A stretch of 63,978 nt of DNA, counting the filler, from Octopus bimaculoides (Eukaryota): assembly GCF_001194135.2 (NCBI RefSeq). It is 5 parts of 4 records of this genome, joined end to end, with 100 filler letters (N's around TTAATTAATTAA, not from the genome) between each part and the next. Parts side by side here need not be neighbours in the genome. Positions count along the whole stretch, not along the records: positions 1 to 20,532 come from NC_068983.1; 4 more parts are not named here. One strand, given 5' to 3'. Shown here piece after piece: positions 1-12,321 of this stretch (positions are counted from its first letter, which is position 1; each line of letters begins with the position of its first letter). A model generated the notes under the pieces. That model searched no databases. It was not told where the DNA came from and was given only the letters and a program-made list of their open reading frames with translations. A program made the translations under genes and the position numbers.

Positions 1-780
1 ATATATATGCATGCCCTCTTAGCGGCTGATTCAAACTTAGAAAAGCTTGAAATGCAGGAGCTAGCTACTTGTCTACGTCGCTAATGTTCACACATAGTCA
101 TGAAAGTTAAAATGTTATATTCACATTTCTATTTGGAGCCAGGGAAAAAAATTTCAGCTAATCAAATATTTATGGAAACAATAGACTTGAAAAAGGCAAG
201 AAGGTCAAGTTATTTGATTTTTGGCTCTGTTTATTTTACTTGTGTGCCAAACAAATAAACTAAGTATCTTTTCGAATTTATTTTATGTTCTGTGTGCTTT
301 ACTTGAAACAATTATTCCCGTATTGAAATGAACCCGGAGATGTTCATATTCAGTATTTGGGTCGTTGTCACAAAATAGATGAGTTTCATTCTCTTTTGAA
401 ATTTTGTGTGATCATTTCACGGAAGAATGCTTAATTCATCACTAAACAAATGTTGATAACATTCCTTTTGCAAGTGGTAAACCAATTATCTCAGCTCGTA
501 TGGCGTGATCAAAAAATTACATAATAGCGTGGGGTTACGTGACGGGGTACTATTATTTCAACATATAAAAAACGCTTCCTAAAAGGAAAATAAAAGATAC
601 ATTCTGAATACAAAATATTTTCTTACGTGTAATTTGTCAAGTACGTTTTTATAAAAGAAGACAACATGGTATACTTTGTTCGTAAGTTTGGTAATTTGAG
701 TCGATTTTGCGATGAATTTTATTGCTTTCAGTTATGTGCTGCTCTGTTTATCCCACTTAGTGTATAGTTATGGTTGTGTT

Positions 781-1161
781 GTGGAGGCGCAATGGCCCAG
801 TGGTTAGGGCAGCGGACTCACAATCATAGGATCGTGGTTTCGATTCCCAGACCGGGCGTTGTGAGTGTTTATTGAGCGAAAACACCTATAGCTCCACGAG
901 GCTCCGGCAGGGGATGGTGGTGAACCCTGCTGTACTCTTTCACCACAACTTTCTCTCACTCTTACTTCCTGTTTCTGTTGTGCCTGTAATTCAAAGGGTC
1001 AGCCTTGTCACACTGTCTCACGCTGAATCTCCCCGAGAACTACGTTAAGGGTACACGTGTCTGTGTAGTGCTCAGCCACTTGCACGTTAATTTCACACAG
1101 CAGGCTGTTCCGTTGATCGGATCAACCGGAACCCTCGACGTCGTAAGCGACGGAGTGCCAC
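781..1161 (+). mobile_element. Full-length tRNA-headed SINE (family C) with 12-bp target-site duplication
   Basis: tRNA-like head GGAGGCGCAATGGCCCAGTGGTTAGGGCAGCGG...GTTTCGATTCCC (Pol III box A/B-like). Perfect TSD TATGGTTGTGTT at 769-780 and 1162-1173. The 3' part recurs inverted at 49923-50040. Confidence 0.85.
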
Positions 1162-1430
1162 TATGGTTGTGTTATAGTGTTGTTTGTTGTAGAAATGACG
1201 GTGGAGGCTCATTGATTGCATTAGACGATTGGAGGTAGCCTTTAACGACTACATCTCCATATGGGAGACACTAGGGCAAATCAACATCTCTACGTATGAC
1301 TTAAAATCACTTTAATTTATTTAATATGTAAAATACTGTAAATGTAACTAGAGTAATTAGAGACGGACAGACGGACAAGGTGAGAGGTTACAAGGGGCAA
1401 GCAAAAACTAGAAAAGTAATGGACAAATGT

Positions 1431-1432
<2 letters not shown>

Positions 1433-1473
<41 letters not shown>

Positions 1474-1542
1474 ACATCACACACACACACACACACACAC
1501 CACATCACACACACACACACACACCACATCACACACACACAC
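1433..1542. repeat. Compound (CA)n microsatellite with CCACAT interruptions
   Basis: Directly visible. Confidence 0.95.
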
Positions 1543-3626
1543 AGAACATGAACAATAAATGTTGTGCTCAGTGAATTGTATGCTGAAAAGGGGAAAATAA
1601 AAAGCAATAGATTGGGGTTTTAAGTGATTCTTTTATCAATATAAAGTAAGAAGCACGATTCAGAGGTCAAAGAACAGGAACGACCCCTATTTATTTATAG
1701 TCTGGTATTGAAAGCAAAATAAAGTTAGACGTCTGGAAAAGTTAGTACAAATATATATAATTAAAATATTTTAAGTAAATAATATTACTCCTGTTGTGAG
1801 GAGAAAATATCAAGAACCATTTGATTAATTCTGGTCAAAAGATGCAAGGGAGACAATCCTAAATTATTATCATAATTAATTGTAACCATGTGATTGCTAT
1901 GTACTAGAAATGTTTGCTCTTATCAGACTTCTAAGACCAGTCTTAGCTTCCAACTGCATTACCCTATTTGCATTTTCAGTAAATTTTAATTAATCGAGTT
2001 TCAGGTTTATTTCTTTGCTTTTCACGAGCAGAATTACTCATTAAACTAATGATTATTTCTTCACATCACAGGTATAATTCTATTTAATTAATTAGAATTT
2101 TTTAGCCCACTCCATCAATTAAGCTAGCACCAACTGTACTATTTTATTTTTATACAGAGAGTCTCATAGATTTTATTTCATGAATTATTATCTTCCCAAG
2201 TACCCCTGTTGCGGAACGTTGTTTTCTAATACGTTATATGCCGATGAGAAATAATGTCTCCCTAGATATAACATTAGTCTTTGGCATGTATCATGGCAGA
2301 AATTTATGCATCTTTAGTATATAAATCAGAGAGTTAAAGCAACAGAAGATTAAAGGAAAAGAAAAAAACCCAAACTAGACAATAGAAAGCCAGTAGTTTG
2401 TTGTAATAATAGTTCATTGTTACAGTGCAAACTGAAATAGTAAAACAGTTTTAATTCGAATTAATTCGCGATTTGAGTGTTTTCCGGTAATGTTCTCTCG
2501 AGAGAAGTTTGTCATGAGAAATATGCTTCGGGTATATTTAGCTTCACGTCGTAAACGTTGCTTTATTGGTACTTCAGAAACTGGTAATGATATGTACAGG
2601 CAAAACAGTTAAAAAAAAATGTGTGTTCTGACGTCTCAGGAAATGCTCTCTTTTCTTCGAAGCAGCCGCAATAGATTTGAAATCACGAGCCAGAAGTCTA
2701 ACCTATTTGAGAAGGAAGACCATTACAATACTGTTGCGGAATATTGATTTACCTTATGAAGTATGATGCCGTGACTGCTCCGAAAGAGATAAAAGATGTT
2801 CTGATTAAGACATCAAATTTATGCAATATATTCAATTGATATTCTAATACTTTTCAAAATATTTGAATTCTAATGTAAGCACAGAAGCGTGTTTTTTGTG
2901 GGGTGAGGAGTAGGTGAAGGTTACATTTAATCAAATTGGTCCTCTGTACTTACTTGGCATTTTACTTCATCGACCCCAAAAGGTTAAGAAGCAAAAATCA
3001 ACCTCTCTGAGTTTTTGAACCCAGAGTGAAGCTACAAAATATAGTGAAATATTTTGTGAGACGCACCGAAGATTCAGCTAATACCTCGCTTTTGTCAGAA
3101 TTATTCTTTCTTTATGAAGCTCGTCAGAATAACAAGAAAAAGAAGCAGCATAATAAAATGGCGAATATTGATCACTACCTTCGACAGAAAACTTCCTATT
3201 TATCAACCATTTCAAATGGAATTGTACGTGGTATTTGGCTTTTCGCAATGATTCTTATGACATGGCGAAAGAATTGATTTGAATAGTGATCGAAAGAAGG
3301 TTACAACCACGGTTCAGAACAATTTTTATTTTTATTTTTCCTAATCTACACATCGAATAATTTTCTTTGCCATATGCAAGGAAAATGTTTAAAATCTGAA
3401 GGTGTTAGAAAACTATGACATTTATTCCTTTCTCAATAATTCAAATGATATACTGAGAAGAAGAAATGAAATATGGTAAAAAGTAATGACTTATGGTTGA
3501 TGAAATTCACAACCAATCTCTGTAGGAGTATGTAGAGTCAATATAAACGACATGATAATATCAATTATTAAGTGTTTTATAGAACTATCTCTTCTTCCAC
3601 ATTAAGCACATCAGCGTAAATCCCTT

Positions 3627-3630
3627 CTCG

Positions 3631-3664
<34 letters not shown>

Positions 3665-3797
3665 TCTCTCTCTCTCTCTCTCTTCCTCTCTCTCTCTCCA
3701 CCCATCTCTCTCTTTATCCATTTATCTCTTTATTCATCACTCTCTTTATCCATCTCTCTCTTTATTCATCTCTCTCTTTACCCATCTCTCTCTCCTC
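3627..3797. repeat. (CT)n microsatellite grading into a degenerate TCTCTCTTTATCCAT minisatellite
   Basis: Directly visible. Confidence 0.85.
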
Positions 3798-4904
3798 CTA
3801 TTTAACTTGGATATACTCAAATACTTTTTTCTCCTGATTGCAGAAATCTCTTGCCTCGATAACAAAATAGTATATCTTTACTGGAATTGACATCTAGTTA
3901 CTCGTATTCAAGTCTGATATACCTAAATTCCAAAACGCTTTCCCAGGCTAGATTTTATGAGCACCAGTTAATCAAGAAATCCACACTTCTTCATTACTTT
4001 CCGCAAAACTACATCATCCTCCGACCTAATCCACTCTTAATTCATGCTAGTTTACGTGTCGGAGATGTATTAGGTTTATACTTAATAGAAATGTTCTTTA
4101 TCTCTAAATCCATCTAACACAACTATGGAGGCTACAGTTAACAATACCTTAGAGAATACATCTTTACATTCCTCACACAGACAAAACACATAAATCAACA
4201 ATATCAAAGTTATTAGTCCGTGGTTACACTACAATTGTACAGATGAAAAACAAATGCGTACACATGTAGTAATCTACACATCGTAACCAATAGTAAATTG
4301 GTTAGCAACCGTAACAACGGCTGAATCATGAACATCCAGGACGCGAGGGTAGCTTCGTATATAAGATATTCTTCAAACTCTCGTCAAATATGTGGCAGGA
4401 TCATCAGTCCCCTTGATATACCTATTTCAGTAAGCTTCCATTTTGAGACAAACACCATATTTTTAGCTTATATTTGCCTCCAACATCACAATCCACTAAT
4501 ATAAGCTTTAACCCACTCTTCTAGTCACTACTTGTTAAGCAACAGTTAAGCAACAGATGATCTTCATCCAGCAAGGCCACTAGTTCTGAGCATTGCACTA
4601 ATTTTAACCTTAATCCGCGCTCTCCTGAACTAACTTCTTCCCTAGGAAACTCATCAATCATTCCCTCATAACTCGAATCAAATACAATCTATACAAACAA
4701 CCGACCATGCGTCCTAATCACAAGAAAAAATGTCATCACTCACATTATTAACAGCTGTTTTATTATCATATTGCATGCTTTTAATTTTACTGCGTTAAAA
4801 TAGATGGAATCTGTTGTAAAAGGATACACTTCATTTATCATTTCGCTTTCTCTCTTATTCCATATGACGGACAATACAGCTTCTGTAAAGTTGGTTCGAC
4901 TAGT

Positions 4905-5035
4905 CATTGCTGTGTGGTTAAGAAGCTCGCTTTGCAATCACATGGCTTGGGGTTCAATCCCACACCACTTCCAATCTAGCACCGGACTGAGCGATGACTT
5001 CTGAATGAATTGGGTTGACAGAAGCTATGGAAGCC

Positions 5036-5095
<60 letters not shown>

Positions 5096-5360
5096 TTGTG
5101 TGTGTGTATATGTATGGGTGTACGTATGTACATACGTGTGTGTATATGTGTCATTGCGTTTGTTCCCTACTATCTATAGACAACCAGTGTTGGTATGTTT
5201 CCGTGCGTATAACTTAACGGCTTGGCTTATGAGGCCGATAGAATAAGTACCAAACTTTAAAAAGAAAACTAAATACTGAAGTCGATTTATTCTACTAAGA
5301 CGTTTCAAATAAATGTCCCAGCATGGCCGCAGTCCCATGAAAAAAGCAAATAAGAAAAGA
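4905..5360 (+). mobile_element. SINE family A (tRNA head, internal TA/TG microsatellite), diverged copy
   Basis: GCTGTGTGGTTAAGAAGCTCGCTT...GGTTCAATCCC head, then AAGCCCG-(TA)n(TG)n, then GATAGAATAAGTAC...CCAGCATGGCCGCAGTC tail; same layout as copies at 9664, 28893 and 32957. Confidence 0.75.
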
Positions 5361-6102
5361 AGATAAGGGATTGTTTAGAACACTTAAGCTGTTTATTAGT
5401 CTTGAGCAGCTCAATGAAAGAATAATTATATTTTGATATTAACAAAACATCTTTTCCCGTATTTGTCGTGAGGATTTCCAAGTAAATGGTTATTACGGGC
5501 GCTACTCGTCTGTAAGCTCTTGAATCGCAAATTTTCTGTCCAACCGCTATATTTCAGCACCAGTTATTGGAACTCGCTCACTTCTTTATTCCCATTCTTT
5601 CGACTGTAATGAAACCCACGGCTCCGTCACACCATTCATTAGCTCATTAAATATATATTTATTGCTTCTGTTTGGCATATGTGTACGATAATACTTTTCC
5701 CTTGTGCGAATTTTCTAGACATAAGTATCAAATAGGCATAACCTAGACGCTTCAGACAAAGCTCTAAATGCTTCAATGAACACGTCTGCATAGACAGCTT
5801 TTTCCAATGGGGACGTGTCGTCATTCCACAGCACGACGATGTAATCATTTTAGGACGTCTTCAGAAAGTAGTCTCGCATTACGCCTTGCCCTCGTATGAT
5901 CGTATGATCAACGAACGATAAAAGTGCTAGCCTTACTATTTCTGTGACTCATATTTAAAAGAAGAAAAAAAATAACTGTGTATGTGTATGTGTGCGTTTG
6001 TGCCTCTATGTGTACATATATATTTAGATATATGATATATGCTATATGATACATATGTATACACACAGACACACACAGACATATATATATATATATTTAT
6101 AC

Positions 6103-6141
<39 letters not shown>

Positions 6142-6144
<3 letters not shown>

Positions 6145-6398
6145 TTTCGGGACGGTCATTTTTTGCCAAATAAACTCACGCACTGTAAGTTTTTTCTTCA
6201 CTCGTTTATTACTATTCTTATTTTATCATTTTAACTCATGCCCATTGTCCGGAAATCTTTCGTTACACATTCTGTGAACTCTTCAGCGACACGTTTCGAT
6301 TTTTTGTGTGTTCTTGCTCAACTTACTCCATTTCCGGATGATGGACGTGAGTTTAAATTATAAAATAAGAACAATAATAAACGAGTGAAGAAAAAAAT
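6142..6398. mobile_element. Inverted-repeat element (arms about 6189-6257 and 6330-6397) containing a hammerhead core; right end lost in a gap
   Basis: TTTTTTCTTCACTCGTTTATT...GTCCGGAAAT mirrors ATTTCCGGAT...AATAAACGAGTGAAGAAAAAA. Confidence 0.7.
6245..6292 (-). ncRNA. Minimal type I hammerhead ribozyme motif
   Basis: Minus strand reads GTGTCG-CTGAAGA-GTTCACA-GAA-TGTGTAAC-GAAA-GATT-TC-CGGACA. All core nucleotides are present, with a G-C closing pair on stem II and a near-palindromic stem III (AGATTT). Confidence 0.6.
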
Positions 6399-6929
6399 NN
6401 NNNNNNNNNNNNNNNNNNNNNNNNNNNNNNNNNNNNNNNNNNNNNNNNNNNNNNNNNNNNNNNNNNNNNNNNNNNNNNNNNNNNNNNNNNNNNNNNNNNN
6501 NNNNNNNNNNNNNNNNNNNNNNNNNNNNNNNNNNNNNNNNNNNNNNNNNNNNNNNNNNNNNNNNNNNNNNNNNNNNNNNNNNNNNNNNNNNNNNNNNNNN
6601 NNNNNNNNNNNNNNNNNNNNNNNNNNNNNNNNNNNNNNNNNNNNNNNNNNNNNNNNNNNNNNNNNNNNNNNNNNNNNNNNNNNNNNNNNNNNNNNNNNNN
6701 NNNNNNNNNNNNNNNNNNNNNNNNNNTATATATATATATATAGTGATAATAACAATAATCCTCGGATGGAATTTATAAATATTTATAAATTCCATCCAAG
6801 GATTATTGTTATTATTATTATATTTATTCTACATTATATCGGTACAACTCGATGCAACCCCTCAAAAAAACAAAACAAAAAAACACAACAAACAAACAAA
6901 AGAACTTGTTCAACAGTCAATATCATTAG

Positions 6930-8125
6930 ATTTTGGCCGCCATAATGGAATAAAAGCTTTATTTGCATATTCAAAACGTTTCCCGTTGACAAATTTAATA
7001 TATATATATATACAGACATAAGAGAAGTAAATAGACACTCTCCTAACCATTAAAATTTGTGTAAATCTGAAATTATACATTCAAGATATTTATTAATTGT
7101 CATAATGTGAATATTATATATTTAGTAGACATGCTCTTTGCATTTTTGCAATGCAAGGACCCTATTAGGCATTTTACTGATCAGATAACGAATATTCTCT
7201 TGCAGAATTTCTCGCCAAGTTTCATGCGTAATCTCAAAAAATCTGGTGTTGAAGATACTTTCTTGTTGTTTTTATGAAGTACCCTGTCCATTATGTCCCA
7301 GAGGTGTTCAATACGGTTCATATGTGGTGACTGGTTTGGCCATGGAAGCTTTTTAATGCCATTGTCATCCAACAAATCTTGGATAATTTTAGCCGTGTGA
7401 CAAGAAGCCCCATTTTCCATAAATAAAGAGTCTTCTTTAATCATTTCACCACTGGGGAAGATTAGACGGAGTCCTTTCTGCAATATGAACACATATTTAT
7501 CTGAGTTTATATTTCCATCACACTCCACCTGTTCTGATCAAGCATTGCACCAAATTGTTCCCCACACCATCACAGAATAGCTGTCGTGTTTCATTGTTGC
7601 TGCAATCGTTTCACATCAAATTCTTGATTACAGAGACTACAGACCCACACTCGATAACTGTCAGGAGATACAGCAAATTTGGACTCAACAGAGAATAGGA
7701 CAGTATTCCAAAATGCTAATGACCTCTCCACCATCTGACGTGCCCAATCTTTTCTCCGCTTGATGTTGGCTGGTAGAAGTGGCTTCCTTCTCGCTGCTCT
7801 GCCATAATAAGCAAGACTGTGGACATACCTGACAGCTGTTCTGGGACTGACATCGACTTGTTCTATACCAGAGGCCTCTCAACGAGTGTTATTCTCCACA
7901 ATTCTATTAACAAAGAGAAGGTCCTGTCAGAGAGCCTTGGTTGATCTGGGCGAAGTGATGTGGACTCCTTTCCCTCTCTGGTGAATTGCACAATCACTTT
8001 ATTAACTGTAGAAAGCGGGATTCCAAGGTTTTCTGCGATTTTACGTTATGTCCGCTTTCAGAATGACCAGCAATACTGTCTCTTTGAAATTTAGAGACTT
8101 CCAGAGGCTTCTTTAGTACATGGCA
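6930..8125 (-). pseudogene. Tc1-family DD34E transposase pseudogene (frameshifts and stops)
   Basis: HTH region [16 protein letters not shown]; AARRKPLL..NIKRRKDWA...WNTVLFSVESKF; catalytic C-terminus FMENGASCHTAK...LPWPNQSPHMNRIEHLW (ORF 7181-7528). Confidence 0.9.
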
Positions 8126-8686
8126 TGATTAAACAGTCACATGTAGAACCTGAAACATTAATAAAAAAATATAAAATTTTAGAAGTTAGAATAAACATAA
8201 GACTATCTTTTATGGGGTGTCTATTTACTTCTGTCATGTGTGTATACATACATACATACATACATATGCATATNNNNNNNNNNNNNNNNNNNNNNNNNNN
8301 NNNNNNNNNNNNNNNNNNNNNNNNNNNNNNNNNNNNNNNNNNNNNNNNNNNNNNNNNNNNNNNNNNNNNNNNNNNNNNNNNNNNNNNNNNNNNNNNNNNN
8401 NNNNNNNNNNNNNNNNNNNNNNNNNNNNNNNNNNNNNNNNNNNNNNNNNNNNNNNNNNNNNNNNNNNNNNNNNNNNNNNNNNNNNNNNNNNNNNNNNNNN
8501 NNNNNNNNNNNNNNNNNNNNNNNNNNNNNNNNNNNNNNNNNNNNNNNNNNNNNNNNNNNNNNNNNNNNNNNNNNNNNNNNNNNNNNNNNNNNNNNNNNNN
8601 NNNNNNNNNNNNNNNNNNNNNNNNNNNNNNNNNNNNNNNNNNNNNNNNNNNNNNNNNNNNNNNNNNNNNNNNNNNNNNNNNNNNNN

Positions 8687-8729
<43 letters not shown>

Positions 8730-9085
8730 ATATATAAAATAAAGAGGTAAAGGGGATTAGTAATTCCAGGTTGATATCTAAAAAGCACTCAGCATTAAGA
8801 GAATTTGGTTAACTATATCCTATATCGAACAATCAGGTACTAATAAATTGAAATAGAATCCAAGATAATTCCTCATGTATGATAAGTAAATCCAAATATC
8901 ACTTAGAAGAATTTCAAGAAATCCGGAGTATATAATAACATGAACACGAATTTGAGAAAATCACATCTTTTATTGATGATTACACCATTCGTTGCCTGTG
9001 ATCGTTTCTACTGTGCGAACATATTTAGATATGGAAAAAAAAAGAACTAAATACAAGGGTAGCCAATATATATGAAAATTTAATG

Positions 9086-9473
9086 CTAACAAAATGTTAT
9101 TAATGTAACTCAATACAGGCTAAATTCGAAGTGAAGTGAGATAGTATCTCAAATACATGAAAGCATGCGAAAAGAAAGTTAAGAAGAAATACAATATTCT
9201 AAGCCAGTTTAATATTTAAACATGAGATGACGTCAGCAGGTAACGAAAGAATAAAAAATAAACATTAAAATTCTACGTCACGAATGTATAATTTTTTATT
9301 ATTTTCGTTACCTGCTGACGTCATCATAAGTTCAAATACTAAACTGAATTTTCTTCGAATATTATTATATTCGCTCTTAACGTTCTTTTTGCATGCTTTC
9401 ATGTATTACAGATATTATCACAGTTCACTTTGAATTCGGCTTGTTTTGGATTACCTTGATAACACTGTGTTAG
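9086..9473. mobile_element. Palindromic MITE/foldback element (arms about 165 bp)
   Basis: CTAACAAAATGTTAT...GATGACGTCAGCAGGTAACGAAA mirrored by TTTCGTTACCTGCTGACGTCATC...ATAACACTGTGTTAG. Confidence 0.8.
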
Positions 9474-9630
9474 GTTAACTTTTTAATACCTATGTTTGTG
9501 AGCAAAATAGTTTTGTATGTTTTACCTTTTCCTCTACATCTAAATATGCTGGCACAAACAGAAAATATTGTCAGTAATGGATGGTGTAGCCATTAATTAA
9601 AATATGTGATTTTCTCCACGAATGTTCATG

Positions 9631-9663
<33 letters not shown>

Positions 9664-9666
<3 letters not shown>

Positions 9667-10024
9667 TCTTTTACTCTTTTACTTGCTTCAATCATTTGAC
9701 TGCGGCCATGCTGGTGCACCGCCTATAGTCGAGCAAATCGATCCCAGGACTTATTCGTTGTAAGCCTAGTACTTATTCTATCGGCCTCTTTTGCCGAACC
9801 GCTAAGTTACAGGGACAAACTCACCGCATCGGTTGTCAAGCGATGTTGGAGGTGGGGACAAATACAGACACACACACACATATATATACATATACATATA
9901 TACATACGACGGGATTCTTTCAGTTTCCGTCTACCAAATCCCAAATCCACTAACAAGGCTTTGGTCGGTCCGAGGATATAGTAGAAGACACTTGCCCAAG
10001 GTGCCACGCAGTGGGACTGAACCC
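9664..10024 (-). mobile_element. SINE family A, young-looking copy (5' head runs into a gap)
   Basis: Reverse complement of the family A layout, ending in an (AAAAGAGTA)n tail; GCACCTTGGGCAAGTGTCTTCTACTATA segment present. Confidence 0.85.
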
Positions 10025-10334
10025 NNNNNNNNNNNNNNNNNNNNNNNNNNNNNNNNNNNNNNNNNNNNNNNNNNNNNNNNNNNNNNNNNNNNNNNNNNNN
10101 NNNNNNNNNNNNNNNNNNNNNNNNNNNNNNNNNNNNNNNNNNNNNNNNNNNNNNNNNNNNNNNNNNNNNNNNNNNNNNNNNNNNNNNNNNNNNNNNNNNN
10201 NNNNNNNNNNNNNNNNNNNNNNNNNNNNNNNNNNNNNNNNNNNNNNNNNNNNNNNNNNNNNNNNNTATATATATATATATATATAATGTCTGTGTGTGTG
10301 TGTGTGTGTGTATACATTTATATATATATATGTC

Positions 10335-10380
<46 letters not shown>

Positions 10381-10399
10381 TATATATATATGTATATAT

Positions 10400-10968
10400 A
10401 CATATAATTATATACACTCTTCACTAGGTTCTTGAACATGATAGGTGTGGCAGGAGGCTGTGTTCATTTAGGACAGCCTCTCGTTAGGCTGGTGATAGGG
10501 CTGGTGTGTACTAGAGCTCAGATCTAATGTAACATCTAGGAAGCCTTCTGTGGTGAGATTAGTTTCAATGGTGATCTTAAGTCCCATGAAAGATAGAGCT
10601 CTAATCAGGTCTTTTCTGAGTTTATCTAGTATGTGTTCGTTGGTTTCTCTAGAGATGGCTAGGCGTCATTTCTGTAGAGACCGAAGAGGATCGAAGGGAA
10701 CTTCTTCCCTAAGGTCTCCGTGATGTATATTCCCATGAGATTGTAGACGTCGGCGCAGTCGTAGGCTCCCATAGCCATATTGAAGAAACCCTCGGGGTCA
10801 GATTCCTTGACCCACGTGAAATTTTTGTTGGACAGCACCATCCCCCTGGAATGTATGATAACGCTAATATCACTATCACTAATATCTGTGAAAGCCGGCC
10901 TTAGCAAAGGAAAGTATCTTCATCAACAACCCTTTTGAAATCGACGAATAAAAGTCGACAATGTCGAA
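10400..10968 (-). pseudogene. Penelope-like element reverse transcriptase fragment (Naiad/Chlamys-type motifs)
   Basis: FDIVDFYSSISKGLLMKILSFAK / FTDISDSDISVIIHSR...FFNMAMGAYDCADVYNLMGIYI...FGLYRND(G)LAI...DKLRKDLIRALSFMGLKITIETNL...FLDVTLDL...YHQPNE, with two frameshifts and a stop. YRDD-type motif as in PLE RTs. Confidence 0.8.
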
Positions 10969-11160
10969 CCCAGGAAGTTTTCTCCTCATCCCGTATATTT
11001 GATGTATTATGACTTATATAAGAAACAAAAAAGATGAATAATCTTTGGGCATTCAACTGAATAGAGGTAGGAACTAACTTGATTGTAATAGGAAGGGAAA
11101 AATTGCAAAGGAAAATTATACAACATAGATCGACTGTTACATTTTCATCATAAAAAGATT
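10969..11160 (+). repeat. Copy 1 of an ~190-bp direct repeat (copy 2 at 12290-12487)
   Basis: Shared ACCCAGGAAGTTTTC...AATAATCTTT.GGCATTCA...ACTAACTTGATTGTAATAGGAAGGGAA...ATAGATCGACT. Confidence 0.8.
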
Positions 11161-11761
11161 GCCACGAATGTGTTTAATAGGAAAATTGGTATATCCAATA
11201 TTGTTACACAGCTAAATCTAATGACTTTTTGAGCAATATGCTCGTGGATGGTTAATGGTTTGGATGCGGTACTGAGAAGGAAGAATAATCCTGAAGTATG
11301 CATATTCGCCAATTACCTAACTTTCTATCTTCAATCGCATTGTTTACACAGACATATTTTTATTTTAGATTTTGACATACTGAGCCCTGCGCTCAATCTT
11401 ACCTTTCATCTTTTCGCTGTCATTAAAAAAGTAACGAGGGTACTGAAATGGCGAAACTGTAAGAATGTGGATCCAGATGAATTGTAATATTTATTACAGA
11501 TACTCGCGCTTCGTGTTCAAATCCCTGTGTGGGCTACTTGATCAGTATTAGATCAATTCAGTCGCCAAGTTTAACACCAGCACTCGGCTCTGGCAGCTTG
11601 TGTTTCTTTAGCGCAATTCACTCTGCTGCAAGCACACGAGTTGGGTCTCTGGATTAGTTTAAAGATACCTTCGTCCCTTTTCCCATCAGATTCGATGGCC
11701 CTGGTATTGCCTTCCTTGGTGACAAAAAAGATACAATAAACGAATATGAACGATACTAATA

Positions 11762-11972
11762 ATGACTTCAAATTTTGGCACATTTTTTTTTCTTTTGCTT
11801 TGGATGGATGGAGACGTCGATTACATCGACACCAGTACATGACTGCAACTTATTGAATTGCTACTTATTGAAAGACGAAAGGTTAAGTGGATCACTTCAG
11901 AATTTGAACTGAGAGCATTAAGACGGATGAAATGCGGCTAAGTGTTTCGCCCGGCATGCTAACAGTTCTGCC
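11762..11972 (-). mobile_element. SINE family B, diverged
   Basis: Reverse complement of GGCAGAA.GTTAGCATGCCGGGCGAAA..CTTAG...TTCAAATTC layout. Confidence 0.65.
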
Positions 11973-12009
11973 GAAATGCACGGACACCTGATTTTGCTTT
12001 TACGCTACA

Positions 12010-12321
12010 TACGAGAGGGTGCTGAAAAGTTCCTGACCGTAAAGGTATCATGAAAGGCCTGGTTGAAGGCCCAACATTCCGAGTTCTTTTACAGGGCTTA
12101 ACAAAACTGAGAGACCGTTGCAATAAGTGTATGAATCTGAGATGATAATATGTAGAATAAAATCATTATTAGCTGATCTTCCTGTATTTTCTTTTAATTA
12201 CCTACAGATATCAGTACTACGAATAATCATTGTACTACAGCTCGAAAAAGTCGTATTTTACATTGTTCTATATAGTCCCTGGCTTGACCCAAACCCAGGA
12301 AGTTTTCAGCACCCCATAATA
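12010..12321 (+). mobile_element. Non-autonomous mariner derivative (MITE)
   Basis: TA-CGAGAGGGTGCTGAAAAGTTCCTG and CAGGAAGTTTTCAGCACCCC..-TA inverted termini; internal remnant of a mariner C-terminus (GLNKTERPL/KLRDRCNKCMNLR..YVE*-like). Confidence 0.7.

Noticed and set aside
783-860. tRNA-like sequences (also 57000-57049, 63111-63165 and others)
   Set aside because: They are SINE heads continuing into SINE bodies; no complete cloverleaf was recognised.
2440-2580. Minus-strand 39-codon frame SEVPIKQRLRREAKYTRSIFLM..., reminiscent of a GPCR third intracellular loop
   Set aside because: No following transmembrane segment, early stop, and no supporting neighbouring exons.
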